Source: a virus (lineage: Duplodnaviria; Caudoviricetes). Taken from it: 64,000 bases of DNA. This document shows positions 46,518 to 56,286 of the stretch, in pieces. The notes beneath the pieces are model-generated. The model was not told the DNA's origin. It made no database searches and was given only the letters and a program-made list of their open reading frames with translations. The first letter of the stretch is position 1. Every line of letters begins with the position of its first letter. The translations under genes were made by a program, and so were the position numbers. The DNA lies in the IMG/VR virus record IMGVR_UViG_3300020582_000008, positions 287-64,286 of that record; one strand, written 5' to 3'.

Positions 46518-47031
46518 ATGTTTGGGCTGAGGTTAAATCCCGACGATGGCTTCACGTCTGCCTCGCAATTGCCGTTGTGGCTGGCGTCTTTTTTTATTTT
46601 CTGATTTGGGACCGCAATCCGCCGTTCAAATATCTTGGCGGTAACATCGTCCCGGAAGTCGCCAAGGAAGGCTCAATCGTCACCCGCTACCGCCTGACGA
46701 TATGGTATCGCTCCGTTGCGATGTCGAGATCACCGGCCACGTTATCGATGTTGCCAACAATCGACTGGACACCGACAATTTCATGGTGCCGACAAGCCCG
46801 ATGCCGGATTGGGTTGTCGAGACGAAAGCCGGACACCCGCACCAATTTCACAAGGACATGCTGGTGCAACTGCCTATCGACAAAGCCGGCAACAAGCATT
46901 ACGGCCAAGTCGGATATTTCAGTCTTGATCACGCTTGGTGCAATCTATTCCAGCGCATGTGGCCATTCAACAAATGGCCGATTCAGATTGATGGGCCGAT
47001 GATGTATTTCAAGGTCGAGCCAGGGCAGTGA
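46514..47031 (+). pseudogene. membrane-anchored protein with a 1-nt frameshift near 46712
   Basis: N-half MNVW...WYRS and C-half RCDVEITG...PGQ lie in adjacent frames. Confidence 0.55.
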
Positions 47032-47032
47032 C

Positions 47033-47500
47033 GTGCCTGACACGAACGGAAAAGACTGGCTCAGAACCGGACTAGGATCGATTTCATCCATAGCCGTCAT
47101 ATCGGCGTTCGGCTATTCGCTGGCCATCGCGCCCATGCAGGTGCAGATTGCCAAGCTTCAAGATTTCCGGGAGACGGACAGAACAAAAATCTCCGATGCC
47201 TACACGCTCATCAACACCAATGATCAGTATAAGTTGTTGGTCAAAGAATGGGCCGACGCCCTGCGACGCGACCTTGCTCGCGTTGAGGCCGACCTGAAAG
47301 ACGTGTCGGCCGAGCAAAGAAGGCGCACTAGCGGCGTAGCTTCAATTTCATCGATTGAAAAAGAAGTAGACAATCTTCGCCATCGCGTTGACGATCTACA
47401 GCACGGCTCATCGCCAACCCTTGTTGATGAAATTAAAACCCTCCGTACAGAATTGGAAAGCCTGCGGCAGCGCATCATGGTTCCGATCACGAGCAAGTAG
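47033..47500 (+). CDS. N-terminal TM + coiled-coil protein (lysis region)
   Basis: Hydrophobic helix followed by heptad repeats. Confidence 0.6.
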   Translation: MPDTNGKDWLRTGLGSISSIAVISAFGYSLAIAPMQVQIAKLQDFRETDRTKISDAYTLINTNDQYKLLVKEWADALRRDLARVEADLKDVSAEQRRRTSGVASISSIEKEVDNLRHRVDDLQHGSSPTLVDEIKTLRTELESLRQRIMVPITSK

Positions 47501-47506
47501 ATTCCT

Positions 47507-47650
47507 AAAGTAAGAGCGCCGTTCCTTCCTAGAAACGACGCCCCTTCGTATCGAAACAGTCTTCTCACAAGTTCGGGATTGCTATGGAGTGATCCTCTAC
47601 ATGCAGAGTCTCCGCGTGGGTTGTGTGATAGCTGCTTGACTTCACCCGCC
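47507..47650 (-). ncRNA. candidate small RNA with its own promoter and terminator
   Basis: TTGACA at 47680-47675, rod-like fold, 15-bp GU-rich terminal stem. Confidence 0.5.
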
Positions 47651-47749
47651 AACTCTGAATCTATATGCACAGCTTGTCAACAGGTTGTTTCACGATAGGT
47701 CCTTCGGGCTGAGGGACCGGATTCGGTCAACTTTCCATGGGAGGATTAC

Positions 47750-47908
47750 ATGGAGAAAATCGTTACCGAAAACGTCTACCCGCCAATCCCGATACGGCAG
47801 TTCGATTGGGCCGCGCACTACGATGACCCAGAGGGTCCTGTGGGCTGGGGTGCCACAAGAGAGGCGGCAATTGCTGACTTGATCAACAATTACCCGAGGG
47901 AATCATGA
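47750..47908 (+). CDS. small PPIP..FDW family protein, copy 1
   Basis: GGAGG RBS; MEKIVTENVYPPIPIRQFDWAAHYDD...; ATGA coupling; below the ORF-track cutoff. Confidence 0.75.
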   Translation: MEKIVTENVYPPIPIRQFDWAAHYDDPEGPVGWGATREAAIADLINNYPRES

Positions 47909-48768
47909 AACCGCTTTGCATTTATCATGGTGCATGTGACGACGGATTCGCAGCGGCTTGGTGTGTCCGCAAACGCTTTCGTGATGAGGTCGAATTCTAT
48001 CCCGGCGTTTATCAGAAAGAGCCGCCGCCGCATGAGGGACGCGACGTTGTGTTTGTCGATTTCAGCTATAAGCGGCCGGTCCTTGACGCGATGGCGAAGA
48101 TTGCAAATTCAGTTTTGATCCTCGATCATCACAAGACGGCGGCCGAAGATTTGGCGGATATTGCGCCAGCGCCGGATTTCATCGACTGGCGTGGCGCGGC
48201 GGCAATTGACGGCTCTGGCAACAATATGTTCGCGCTGTTCGATATGAATCGAAGCGGCGCAGCAATGGCTTGGGATTATTTTATCGGCGGTCCGCGCCCC
48301 GACTTTATTGAGTATGTGCAAGACCGCGATCTCTGGCGCAAGGCGCTCCCATGCGGCGACGAATTCACGATTGCGCTGCGCTCCTATCCGCAAGATTTTT
48401 TGATTTGGGATAAGTTCGTTGACGCTGGCGCTCAGTCTTTGATCGCCGAAGGCGGTGCAATACAGCGCTACTATCGTTTACGCGTTGAGGAACTGAAAAA
48501 GAGTGCATACGCTGCAACGCTCGACGGACAAAATATCTGGATCGCGAACGCTCCGTATTTCGCCGCGAGCGAAGTTGCCGGCGAACTAACAGAACGCGAT
48601 GGTGCCTATGGCGCGTGCTACTTCGAGGCCGAAGGCGGCCGATACCAATATTCGCTACGCTCGCGCGGCGACTTCGATGTAAGCGCCGTGGCGCGGAAAT
48701 TTGGTGGCGGCGGCCACAAGGCCGCTGCCGGCTTTTCTGTCGATCAGCCCGCGCATACGAAACGGTGA
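47905..48768 (+). CDS. DHH/DHHA1 phosphoesterase (NrnB-like)
   Basis: YHGACDDG, VDFS, LDHHKT, SLRS, GGGGHKAAAGF. Confidence 0.9.
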   Translation: MKPLCIYHGACDDGFAAAWCVRKRFRDEVEFYPGVYQKEPPPHEGRDVVFVDFSYKRPVLDAMAKIANSVLILDHHKTAAEDLADIAPAPDFIDWRGAAAIDGSGNNMFALFDMNRSGAAMAWDYFIGGPRPDFIEYVQDRDLWRKALPCGDEFTIALRSYPQDFLIWDKFVDAGAQSLIAEGGAIQRYYRLRVEELKKSAYAATLDGQNIWIANAPYFAASEVAGELTERDGAYGACYFEAEGGRYQYSLRSRGDFDVSAVARKFGGGGHKAAAGFSVDQPAHTKR

Positions 48769-48872
48769 CCGATATCCGGTCCCTCAACCGGCACCTAGGA
48801 ACCGTGACCCAGAATACCTTGTTTGTTTTCTTTCCTTCACCTACAATTCCAACTCAACAGGAGGGTAACATA

Positions 48873-49274
48873 ATGTCCGAACAAGTCATGTCCGAAGAGG
48901 AACAACAGGCTTTCATCACCCAGGGCGGCGAGTTCGGCAAGCTTGTGGCAAAACTTACGACAAGGGCAATCGATGCGGAAACGCTATCCGAATCCCTCCA
49001 AACAACTGTCCATCTGCAAGAGGCGCAAATCCTATCTCTCCAGCGCCGACTGACCAACGCCGAAACCCAGCGCGACGACGCCTTGCGCGATGTGGGTTCG
49101 ATGAATGACGCGATGACCAAGATGGGGGCGATCCTTCGCGAGTCGCGCGCACAGCGCGTTGCAACGCCTCCGCAGCGGCAGGATTTGAGCGGGGCGCCGC
49201 AGATGCCAGCGCGCGATCTACGGGTGGTCCGGGAAACCGCGATTGCGAATGCTCAGCGCGAAGTGGCCGGCTAA
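48873..49274 (+). CDS. coiled-coil protein
   Basis: AGGAGG RBS; heptad pattern. Confidence 0.65.
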   Translation: MSEQVMSEEEQQAFITQGGEFGKLVAKLTTRAIDAETLSESLQTTVHLQEAQILSLQRRLTNAETQRDDALRDVGSMNDAMTKMGAILRESRAQRVATPPQRQDLSGAPQMPARDLRVVRETAIANAQREVAG

Positions 49275-49290
49275 CTTGTCTACTGTCGGC

Positions 49291-49488
49291 TCATTTAGGC
49301 GCGTGCGAAAAATCAATTTCCACGCCGGATGCTCCGCGCGGATTTATCTCTTTGATCTTCACAGGGCCGTCTTGTCGGTAAACCATGGCGTAGTGCATAG
49401 CCTCCGCGTAGGCCGCATTGCGCTTTGTGCTGATCGCCTTCGCAACCATCATGCCGCCCTGATAGACTTCGAAAACATGATCTCGCAT
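49291..49488 (-). CDS. small hypothetical protein
   Basis: EAMHYAMVYRQDGPVKI motif; AGGGA RBS; divergent from 49617. Confidence 0.6.
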   Translation of the reverse strand: MRDHVFEVYQGGMMVAKAISTKRNAAYAEAMHYAMVYRQDGPVKIKEINPRGASGVEIDFSHAPK

Positions 49489-49514
49489 GACTTCCCTGCT
49501 AGCTCTTGTTATGT

Positions 49515-49595
49515 CGGATTAGCGTATCCGCAAACCATTGAAATTGCTTGTCTTAAAATGTGATTAGACTTATTCGCTGATAAGCGTATTCTATA
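49515..49595. promoter_or_regulatory. divergent promoter/operator region
   Basis: Repeated GATTAGCGTATCC / GATAAGCGTATTC and an imperfect CTTAT..ATAAG inverted repeat. Confidence 0.4.
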
Positions 49596-49616
49596 GCTGC
49601 GATTTTGGAGGGAGCC

Positions 49617-50135
49617 ATGCAGTTTATCTACGATGACGGCGGCCGGTCAGCCGCAGGTTTCAAAGGCAATGCCGGCGATTGCGTATGCCGCGCCATCGCG
49701 ATTGCAACTCAGCAGCCATACCGTAAGGTGTTTGATGATCTGTCTGGCTTTGGGTGGTTTCCAGGCAATCGGATGAAGCGCGACCCCGATGGACTTTTTC
49801 GTTCGCGTCCCGACAACGAAAAGGCGCTCACCCGTGAATATCTCGCCACGCTCGGTTGGAAATGGACACCAACCACGCATATCGGTTCCGGCTGTAAAGT
49901 GCATCTTGCCGATGGCGAGCTACCGATGGGGCGATTGATCGTCAGAGTTAGCAAGCATCTTACCACCGTTATCGATGGTGTGATCCGCGACACCTTCAAC
50001 CCGGAGCGCGAGAAGTCCTATATATTTGAGCCGGACCACGGCCAAGAACTAAAGCCAAATCAGGGCCGCAATCAAAACGGCGTATGGACAGAGATCGGCG
50101 GGCGTTGTGTGTACGGCTATTGGAGCGTCGCATGA
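49617..50135 (+). CDS. conserved phage protein (DCVCRAIAIA family)
   Basis: YDDGGR..AG.KG..GDCVCRAIAIA, HLTTVIDG, RCVYGYW. Confidence 0.75.
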   Translation: MQFIYDDGGRSAAGFKGNAGDCVCRAIAIATQQPYRKVFDDLSGFGWFPGNRMKRDPDGLFRSRPDNEKALTREYLATLGWKWTPTTHIGSGCKVHLADGELPMGRLIVRVSKHLTTVIDGVIRDTFNPEREKSYIFEPDHGQELKPNQGRNQNGVWTEIGGRCVYGYWSVA

Positions 50136-50329
50136 CCGCCGACGACGTGCGCGCCATGCTACGCCGCGCCTGCAAGGATGCAGGAAGTCAATCGGCTTGG
50201 GCTGACCTGCACAATCTGTCGGCCGCTTACGTGAGCGACGTAATCAATGGTCGGCGTGATCCTGGCGATGCCATTTGCTCGGCGCTCGAAATCAAAGCCG
50301 AATTGAGTTTCCGTAAGGTGAAGCCATGA
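50132..50329 (+). CDS. XRE/Cro-like helix-turn-helix protein
   Basis: SQSAWA...LSAAYVSDVINGRRDP. Confidence 0.75.
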   Translation: MTADDVRAMLRRACKDAGSQSAWADLHNLSAAYVSDVINGRRDPGDAICSALEIKAELSFRKVKP

Positions 50330-50532
50330 AACGCGAACGCCGTACCTGGACGATGCCCGATTGGATGGAGCGTTTCCGTACCAAGATCATCAACACAGGC
50401 GGCAATGCCGTGGAAGAAATGATGGTCGATGACTCCGATCCGCAAATTAACTTGCCCCGCGCCGTTCTTGCGGCTTGCGTTAAATCGCAAGTTGGTTTGC
50501 TGGAAATTCTTCATAAGGATGGTGTGCTGTGA
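50326..50532 (+). CDS. hypothetical protein
   Basis: Coupled ORF. Confidence 0.6.
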   Translation: MKRERRTWTMPDWMERFRTKIINTGGNAVEEMMVDDSDPQINLPRAVLAACVKSQVGLLEILHKDGVL

Positions 50533-51530
50533 ATTTATCCGCTCTCATGTCCGCTTACCGCACCGACCCGGTGTCGAACTTCGCCAAGCTCGAATACTGC
50601 ACGCGGCGGTACTACGTCCGGCTCATGACACAGATCGAGCGCGACCACGGCGACGTGGACGTGGCGACCATCAAAGGCCGCACGATCTACGAATGGCACC
50701 AAGCCTGGACAGACGGCGGCCGGAAGGTCTCTATGGGCCACGCGCTTGTCGGGATGCTGCGCACGCTCGCCAACTTCGGTTTCTTCGCGCTCGATGACGA
50801 AGCCTGCCAGCGGCTTGGGCTGCTGTTGAGCAAAGGCCGCTTCGCCAATGGCAAGCCGCGGACGGTCCATATCACGCGCGAGCAAGCGACCGCGATTTGC
50901 AACGCCGCGCGCCCGCGCCTTCCGATGGTCGGGCTCGCTCAAGCCCTGCAATTTGAATGCACTTGGCGGCAGAAGGATGTGCTTGGCGAATGGCTGCCGA
51001 TTGGCGAGCCGGGTCTGTCGGACGTTTGCTCAATGCACCCGAGAAAAGGCCCGATGAAGTGGCTCAAGGGTTTGCGCTGGGAAGAAATCGACGCAAGCTT
51101 TGTCGTCCATCACGTCACCAGCAAGCGCAAGAAGCTATCCGAGCCGGACTTGACGCTGGCACCGCTGGTCATGGCCGAGCTTGAGCATATGTGGCCCGGT
51201 TGCTCTGCCGATCGATCATTGCTGCCGGCGAGCGGTCCGGTCATCATCGATGAATATACCGGCTTCCCCTACAAGGCCGATGACTTCCGCGAGGAATGGC
51301 GAATCATCGCGACCGAGTGCGGCGTGCCGTTGAACGTGCAGAACCGCGACGCGCGGGCCGGCGCTATCAGCGAAGCCATCGCCATGGGCGCACAAGCGGC
51401 GCACGTTCGCGATGCCGCGACGCATTCCGATGTTTCACAGACGATGGACTACAGCCGCGCCAGCCGGGAGAACACCCATACCGTGCAGCGGATGCGGATG
51501 GAGCAATCAGCAAAAGACAGAGTGGCCTAA
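50529..51530 (+). CDS. tyrosine recombinase/integrase without an obvious arm-binding domain
   Basis: WRQKDV (Arg), TSK (Lys), RDARAGAISEA, ATHS...TMDY (Tyr). Confidence 0.85.
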   Translation: MNLSALMSAYRTDPVSNFAKLEYCTRRYYVRLMTQIERDHGDVDVATIKGRTIYEWHQAWTDGGRKVSMGHALVGMLRTLANFGFFALDDEACQRLGLLLSKGRFANGKPRTVHITREQATAICNAARPRLPMVGLAQALQFECTWRQKDVLGEWLPIGEPGLSDVCSMHPRKGPMKWLKGLRWEEIDASFVVHHVTSKRKKLSEPDLTLAPLVMAELEHMWPGCSADRSLLPASGPVIIDEYTGFPYKADDFREEWRIIATECGVPLNVQNRDARAGAISEAIAMGAQAAHVRDAATHSDVSQTMDYSRASRENTHTVQRMRMEQSAKDRVA

Positions 51531-51531
51531 C

Positions 51532-51750
51532 ATGGCACGAAAAGAAGAAATTCCAATCATCCACCCGCGCAAGGTTCGGATGGCGTTGGAGGGCTTCAAT
51601 AACGATGTGATGTATTTGCTCACCATCGCGCGAAGCGCCCATAGCTTTATGACGGATGAAACGCTGGATGCTGAGAAAGTACGGCACGCGATCACCCCTC
51701 AAATGAAAGAGGGGATTGACCGAGTGGCCAAGTGGTACAATGCCGAGTGA
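51532..51750 (+). CDS. hypothetical protein
   Basis: Operon-filling ORF. Confidence 0.55.
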   Translation: MARKEEIPIIHPRKVRMALEGFNNDVMYLLTIARSAHSFMTDETLDAEKVRHAITPQMKEGIDRVAKWYNAE

Positions 51751-51784
51751 TGCGGATGGAAAAGAGCAGCGAGAAGGTGGCGTG

Positions 51785-51994
51785 ATGGACCTGACTAGAC
51801 ACGAAAAAGACCAGCTATGGCAAATCGGCAACGGAGTCTATGGTAACGGACGAAATCCATATTGGTGGGGCGAAAAGACGATGCCCAAACTTGCAGCCAA
51901 AGGACTCGTCGAGCCGCATCCAGGTGATCCAAGAGGATGGCGCATCACGGATGCCGGACGGCAAGAACGCGAACGCCAATTTCCAGGACGCTGA
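51785..51994 (+). CDS. small winged-helix-like protein
   Basis: LAAKGLVE...WRITDAGR. Confidence 0.55.
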   Translation: MDLTRHEKDQLWQIGNGVYGNGRNPYWWGEKTMPKLAAKGLVEPHPGDPRGWRITDAGRQERERQFPGR

Positions 51995-52019
51995 TGCGTC
52001 GGATGTCGGGAGAAACCTA

Positions 52020-52250
52020 ATGACGGTCCCATACCTTTCGATCAACGAGCGCCGAACAGTCTGCCTCGATCACGGCCGAAGCGTGAGGACCGTGGCTGTG
52101 AATTGCATGAATTGCGGTCTTTTCGTCCGCAAGCCCTACAAGCACGAAGCATCAGACGTTGAGATTGCCAATCGTTGCTTTCCTGGCTGGCAGGTCAAAA
52201 ATGTCCGCGGCGCAAAACGGACGCTGTGTCCAAAATGCAAAGCCGAATAA
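52020..52250 (+). CDS. zinc-ribbon-like protein
   Basis: CMNCG...CPKC; GGAG RBS. Confidence 0.55.
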   Translation: MTVPYLSINERRTVCLDHGRSVRTVAVNCMNCGLFVRKPYKHEASDVEIANRCFPGWQVKNVRGAKRTLCPKCKAE

Positions 52251-52266
52251 CACGGGGTTAACTGCC

Positions 52267-52926
52267 ATGAGCATAGACCGCACTATTGTAGCGGAGTTTC
52301 AAAAGGAAGCGTCGGGGCGCCTGGTCCTGTTTGCGCTCACGGTTTTTGAGAAGGACGAGACCCATTTTTCGCGCACGCTTTACGACGTCGATTGGTCTAA
52401 AAGATACGGCTACCTGTTCGATCAGTCCGGCTTCGGTGGCGGCTCCGAAGTGGAGGTCGCGGGCGTTTACTTTTTGGCCGGGCCAATCGACGTGAAAATA
52501 ACGGAGAAGCCGACGGCGTTGGTTAGCAGCGTTGATCAGCCGCCTTGGCGATCTCCCGCGACGAAGAAAATCCGCGAGCGCAACCGAACGCGCCGCCTGA
52601 AGAAGCTACCCAAAGAATTTCAGCTTGAGGACGGCGCAGACTTGCTGGATTGGCTCAGGTGCAATGGGATAGAGCAGGATGGCGTCTGGTGTTCGGCATG
52701 TCGAGATTGGGTGCCGGGCGAGGAGCTTTGCCGTCATACGTGGTGGTGCGACGACAGCTATTGGTACTCAACGCCAGATGATCGTCCGTGTGCGCATTGC
52801 ATCAATGGCCGCTGTCGAAACTTTTTCGAGATAACCCCCTGCGTTAATTCTTTCGACAATGGGTCTCTCTGGTTTTGGGCGGGACAGCCTGAACTTACAT
52901 GGCACGCTCGCCTCAACAGTAGATGA
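52267..52926 (+). CDS. Cys-rich hypothetical protein
   Basis: CSAC, CRH..WCD and CAHC motifs. Confidence 0.6.
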   Translation: MSIDRTIVAEFQKEASGRLVLFALTVFEKDETHFSRTLYDVDWSKRYGYLFDQSGFGGGSEVEVAGVYFLAGPIDVKITEKPTALVSSVDQPPWRSPATKKIRERNRTRRLKKLPKEFQLEDGADLLDWLRCNGIEQDGVWCSACRDWVPGEELCRHTWWCDDSYWYSTPDDRPCAHCINGRCRNFFEITPCVNSFDNGSLWFWAGQPELTWHARLNSR

Positions 52927-52948
52927 GTAACAGGACGGCTGTCGCCAG

Positions 52949-53185
52949 ATGTCCGAACCGAAATACATGCTTGTGGTTGATGCGACGGCAGGACAGGTCG
53001 AAAGAGCGATCGGCGTTCGAGCCATCGACACACCGTTCGGTGCGCTTGCGCCGCAGCCCCGTCCTTTCAATACGCAACGGGAGCTGGTTGAGATCGAGCG
53101 CGCCCTAAATCCAAGCCGCTGCACTTGCGGAAAGTGGTCGGTCATCCATTCGCCGAACTGCCCAATGGCGCTCGTGACAACTTAG
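52949..53185 (+). CDS. hypothetical protein
   Basis: CTCG...HSPNCP motif. Confidence 0.5.
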   Translation: MSEPKYMLVVDATAGQVERAIGVRAIDTPFGALAPQPRPFNTQRELVEIERALNPSRCTCGKWSVIHSPNCPMALVTT

Positions 53186-53216
53186 GCACACACATCACAG
53201 ATGTCGGGAGAATGAA

Positions 53217-53420
53217 ATGACGCGATGGCTTTTGCTTTATTGGATTGTCACCGGAAGCAGCGGCAGCTTTGGTGGTCTGCACAATTCAACCGCTGTGGCC
53301 GAGTTCGACAGTGAAGCCGCCTGCAAGGCGGCCTATGCGGCGATGCGAGCCGTCACCAAAGACCGGGACCAAATGGGCGTCTTTGGTGTCTGTGTATCCC
53401 AAGCGGCAGATGCCCGCTAA
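53217..53420 (+). CDS. small possibly exported protein
   Basis: EFDSEAACKAA...CV pattern; GGAG RBS. Confidence 0.6.
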   Translation: MTRWLLLYWIVTGSSGSFGGLHNSTAVAEFDSEAACKAAYAAMRAVTKDRDQMGVFGVCVSQAADAR

Positions 53421-53596
53421 ACCCCCATGAGCAGCCAGATGGACAAGCCATACAAAACCTTCAAATTCGAGATGGGCGGCATGTATATGTTCTATCGCGG
53501 TCGCAATCTCGGTGAAGCTCTGCAACAGTTCATCAAAGATCGACCGAACTACATCGACATGCTTGAGAGCATCACTGAACAAAATGGCGGTTGTCG

Positions 53597-53806
53597 ATGA
53601 CAATGTCGGCGAGGGATTGGTTGCCAATTGAGACTGCACCCGATGAGCAAGATATTCTCATTTGGGATGGCCGCCCTCTCGTGGCAATGAAGCTGGCCGG
53701 GATGTGGCATGTTGCGCGATCTGGTTTCGCGAAAAACCCTACACTTTGGCAACCGATTGAGCCGCCAACTAGCGCCGAGATAGTTGGGAACGACAAATGC
53801 CGCTGA
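53597..53806 (+). CDS. DUF551-like protein
   Basis: WLPIETAP...PTLWQPIEPP. Confidence 0.65.
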   Translation: MTMSARDWLPIETAPDEQDILIWDGRPLVAMKLAGMWHVARSGFAKNPTLWQPIEPPTSAEIVGNDKCR

Positions 53807-53918
53807 GAGATTGGCTTTGGGTTGCAGGGTATCTGACGCTCATTTGCGGGAGCATCACGCTCGGCTATTGGCTCGCGCTGCATATCCACACATTTGCCTG
53901 ACAAGCAGGAAGAATGAC

Positions 53919-54314
53919 ATGGTTCAAATAAACGGCGATGCCCTTAATATTTTGAATGCTAAGATTGCAGCCGCAGTTGCAATCCAGCGCGAATCCGACG
54001 CAAAGGTGATCGCGGAGAAGGATGCCCAGATCGTTGAGCTAGAAGCCGGCTACGAAATCCAAATGCGCAATCTCGACGCCGCTGAGAAGGTGATCGCAGA
54101 CCTCCGAACGCGGCTTGAGGATACCGGCTATCCGCTGGGCGAGATTGAGGGGCTGATGAAGGTGATCGCGGCGTTGAGGGAGGTGCTTCAAATGGGTGTG
54201 CAGCTTTGTGAAAGCGGCGGCCACGGTAGGGGCGACAAGTGCCCGACTTGCCACTTCATGCGCGAGGCACAAAAGGCATTGGGCACATCTGAGCAGACAG
54301 CGGGAGACAAATAA
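53919..54314 (+). CDS. coiled-coil protein with a C-terminal CxxC
   Basis: AGGAAG RBS; heptads; CPTC. Confidence 0.6.
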   Translation: MVQINGDALNILNAKIAAAVAIQRESDAKVIAEKDAQIVELEAGYEIQMRNLDAAEKVIADLRTRLEDTGYPLGEIEGLMKVIAALREVLQMGVQLCESGGHGRGDKCPTCHFMREAQKALGTSEQTAGDK

Positions 54315-54484
54315 TGTGGACATGGCTGGCTGAATCGGTCTGCTCGCCATATGATGTGGCGCGCGGCACCTTTTACTTTGCGATGATGGTCACGCTCATT
54401 ACCGGCATTTGGTTTGGGTGGCTTATAACCTACAGCTATTTCAAGCCGTATCTAAAGCCGCACAGTTAAGCGATTAGCCGCCAG

Positions 54485-54790
54485 ATGAACAAATGGCTCA
54501 AAGGAAATGGCTACTGGTGCCCGACCTGCCAAGGATCAGGGCGCGGGGAGCCGCGCGATTGGATAGAGTACGAGAGAGGCGGCTACTGCCAGTTCTACGA
54601 ACTCTGCGCCACCTGTAAGGGCGAGAAGAGGCTTCCAGCAACGGTCGATCAAATCGTGAGCAAAGCTGTACCGGCTACGTCATCGCCGGCAGATCAATCC
54701 TGCTTCCTGTCCATCATCAAATACGGTCGGCTTACACCGACTAGAAAACTTGGTACTGGCCCCTTTAGCCCCAAAAGGGACCAGCCCTGA
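54485..54790 (+). CDS. zinc-finger protein whose 3' end runs into the IS end
   Basis: CPTCQGSG...CATCKG; last codons come from the IS terminal repeat. Confidence 0.5.
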   Translation: MNKWLKGNGYWCPTCQGSGRGEPRDWIEYERGGYCQFYELCATCKGEKRLPATVDQIVSKAVPATSSPADQSCFLSIIKYGRLTPTRKLGTGPFSPKRDQP

Positions 54791-54818
54791 TTTGAAAAGG
54801 GGCCACGCGCGTCCGGTG

Positions 54819-55160
54819 CTATTTGAAGAGGGCAGGGATCGATGCCCTAGTAGCCCAAACGTACATTCCAAATCCGATTATTAGGACAGCGATCACCAGC
54901 CATTCGATCCAAGGGGTTCGGCCCGGTGCCTTTTTACGCGCCTTCGTGATCCCCGCTATGGCTGCGCCGCTGCCAGCAAAACTAATGAGCCCAACGGTGT
55001 ATTCATTGATGGGGATCGAGCTGTTGACCATTGCTATTGTGAGGATGATCGCAACAATTCCTGACGCGACCGCAATGGCGTCCTCGGGATCAATTTGGAT
55101 GCTCGTCCGTCGTCCCTCGGGTTTCACGTCGGAGATAATTTTGAAATGAAGGTTGCGCAT
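54819..55160 (-). CDS. three-TM membrane protein (IS passenger)
   Basis: GAGG RBS; hydrophobic helices. Confidence 0.6.
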   Translation of the reverse strand: MRNLHFKIISDVKPEGRRTSIQIDPEDAIAVASGIVAIILTIAMVNSSIPINEYTVGLISFAGSGAAIAGITKARKKAPGRTPWIEWLVIAVLIIGFGMYVWATRASIPALFK

Positions 55161-55212
55161 GGCCTCTCTCCTAAACGCAGAGTAGAGACCCATCAAGCTG
55201 CCCGCAAGAGGA

Positions 55213-56124
55213 TCAATCAAACAGGTCCCCTTGGATTACCCGGAACTGACGACGGCGTTGCGTGGGGGTAGGCATCGGCTTTGTCGGGACCGCCTTAAGC
55301 GCCGCGTCGATTAACTCGCCAATCGACCACACATGATCGGTGATGCCGAGCGCCATTGCTGGCGTCATCCGCAACGCTTCATGCGTCCGGCACAGATTGT
55401 AGAACGCGACGTAGAGGCCAACGGCCGCAAGGTGGCAATCGATCTTTTTAGAAAACCCGTTGCTCAATCGGGCAAACCGTTTTGAGCCCATGCGCAATGT
55501 CAGATTTTGCCGCTCCACATAGCTTGTCGAAATCTGTTCGGGTTCGCCTGCTTGTGCGATCCGCTCTACGGCTACTACTTGGGCCGGGGAATAGCGTCGC
55601 GAGGCTTCGGTTACGTTCAGGTGCGTTACGCTGTAGGTCTTTTGAATGACGCCATGCGTGGCCCGCTTGCCGAAAGCATCGCGGATCGAGCTTTTGTAGT
55701 AGTGCAGCCCATCGGTCGAAATCTCAGGCGACCCGATCACGCGACCGCGCAAGTCCTGAATAAAATCATCCGTGGTCGCGCCGTCGCGCTTGCCAGTGCG
55801 ATAGCCGATGATGGCACGGGTGGATGAGGCCAGCGCAACGTAAGTGTACTGGTCGCCAAATACGGGCGATTTGCGCGGCTTGCTTTTCTGAGGATTCCGC
55901 TTGTGGCCGACGTAGGCCCATAATTCGTCGCACTCGATCCGGTGGACGTGAAGGCCAACCATCAAGCGGTCGTGCATTTCTGCGCAACCACGGCCGATGG
56001 CGAGTGCCAGCCGGGCGACTGTCTTGCGGTCGGTGTCGGTCAGGCGACTGACGGCGCGCTGGCCGACTCCCTCGCAAAGGGCGGCGATAATTTCAATTTG
56101 CTTGTCGTGAGGAAGGTTGTTCAT
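55213..56124 (-). CDS. IS1-family DDE transposase, single ORF
   Basis: N-terminal HTH, ECDELWAYVG, STDG, TSYVERQNLTLR..KRFARLSNGFSKK. Confidence 0.92.
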   Translation of the reverse strand: MNNLPHDKQIEIIAALCEGVGQRAVSRLTDTDRKTVARLALAIGRGCAEMHDRLMVGLHVHRIECDELWAYVGHKRNPQKSKPRKSPVFGDQYTYVALASSTRAIIGYRTGKRDGATTDDFIQDLRGRVIGSPEISTDGLHYYKSSIRDAFGKRATHGVIQKTYSVTHLNVTEASRRYSPAQVVAVERIAQAGEPEQISTSYVERQNLTLRMGSKRFARLSNGFSKKIDCHLAAVGLYVAFYNLCRTHEALRMTPAMALGITDHVWSIGELIDAALKAVPTKPMPTPTQRRRQFRVIQGDLFD

Positions 56125-56286
56125 GGCGGGCCAAATCCGACATTTGGGGATAGTGGGCCGCCGTGTGGAAAATCGACCTGTTTTGCGCTATACTGCGCGA
56201 AGCGGTCATTTTCTTCGGGGCCAAATCCCGGGGTTGATGATCCGGGGCCGTCGCTGCTTCAACAGTGACGGTCCCACTTACTACGA

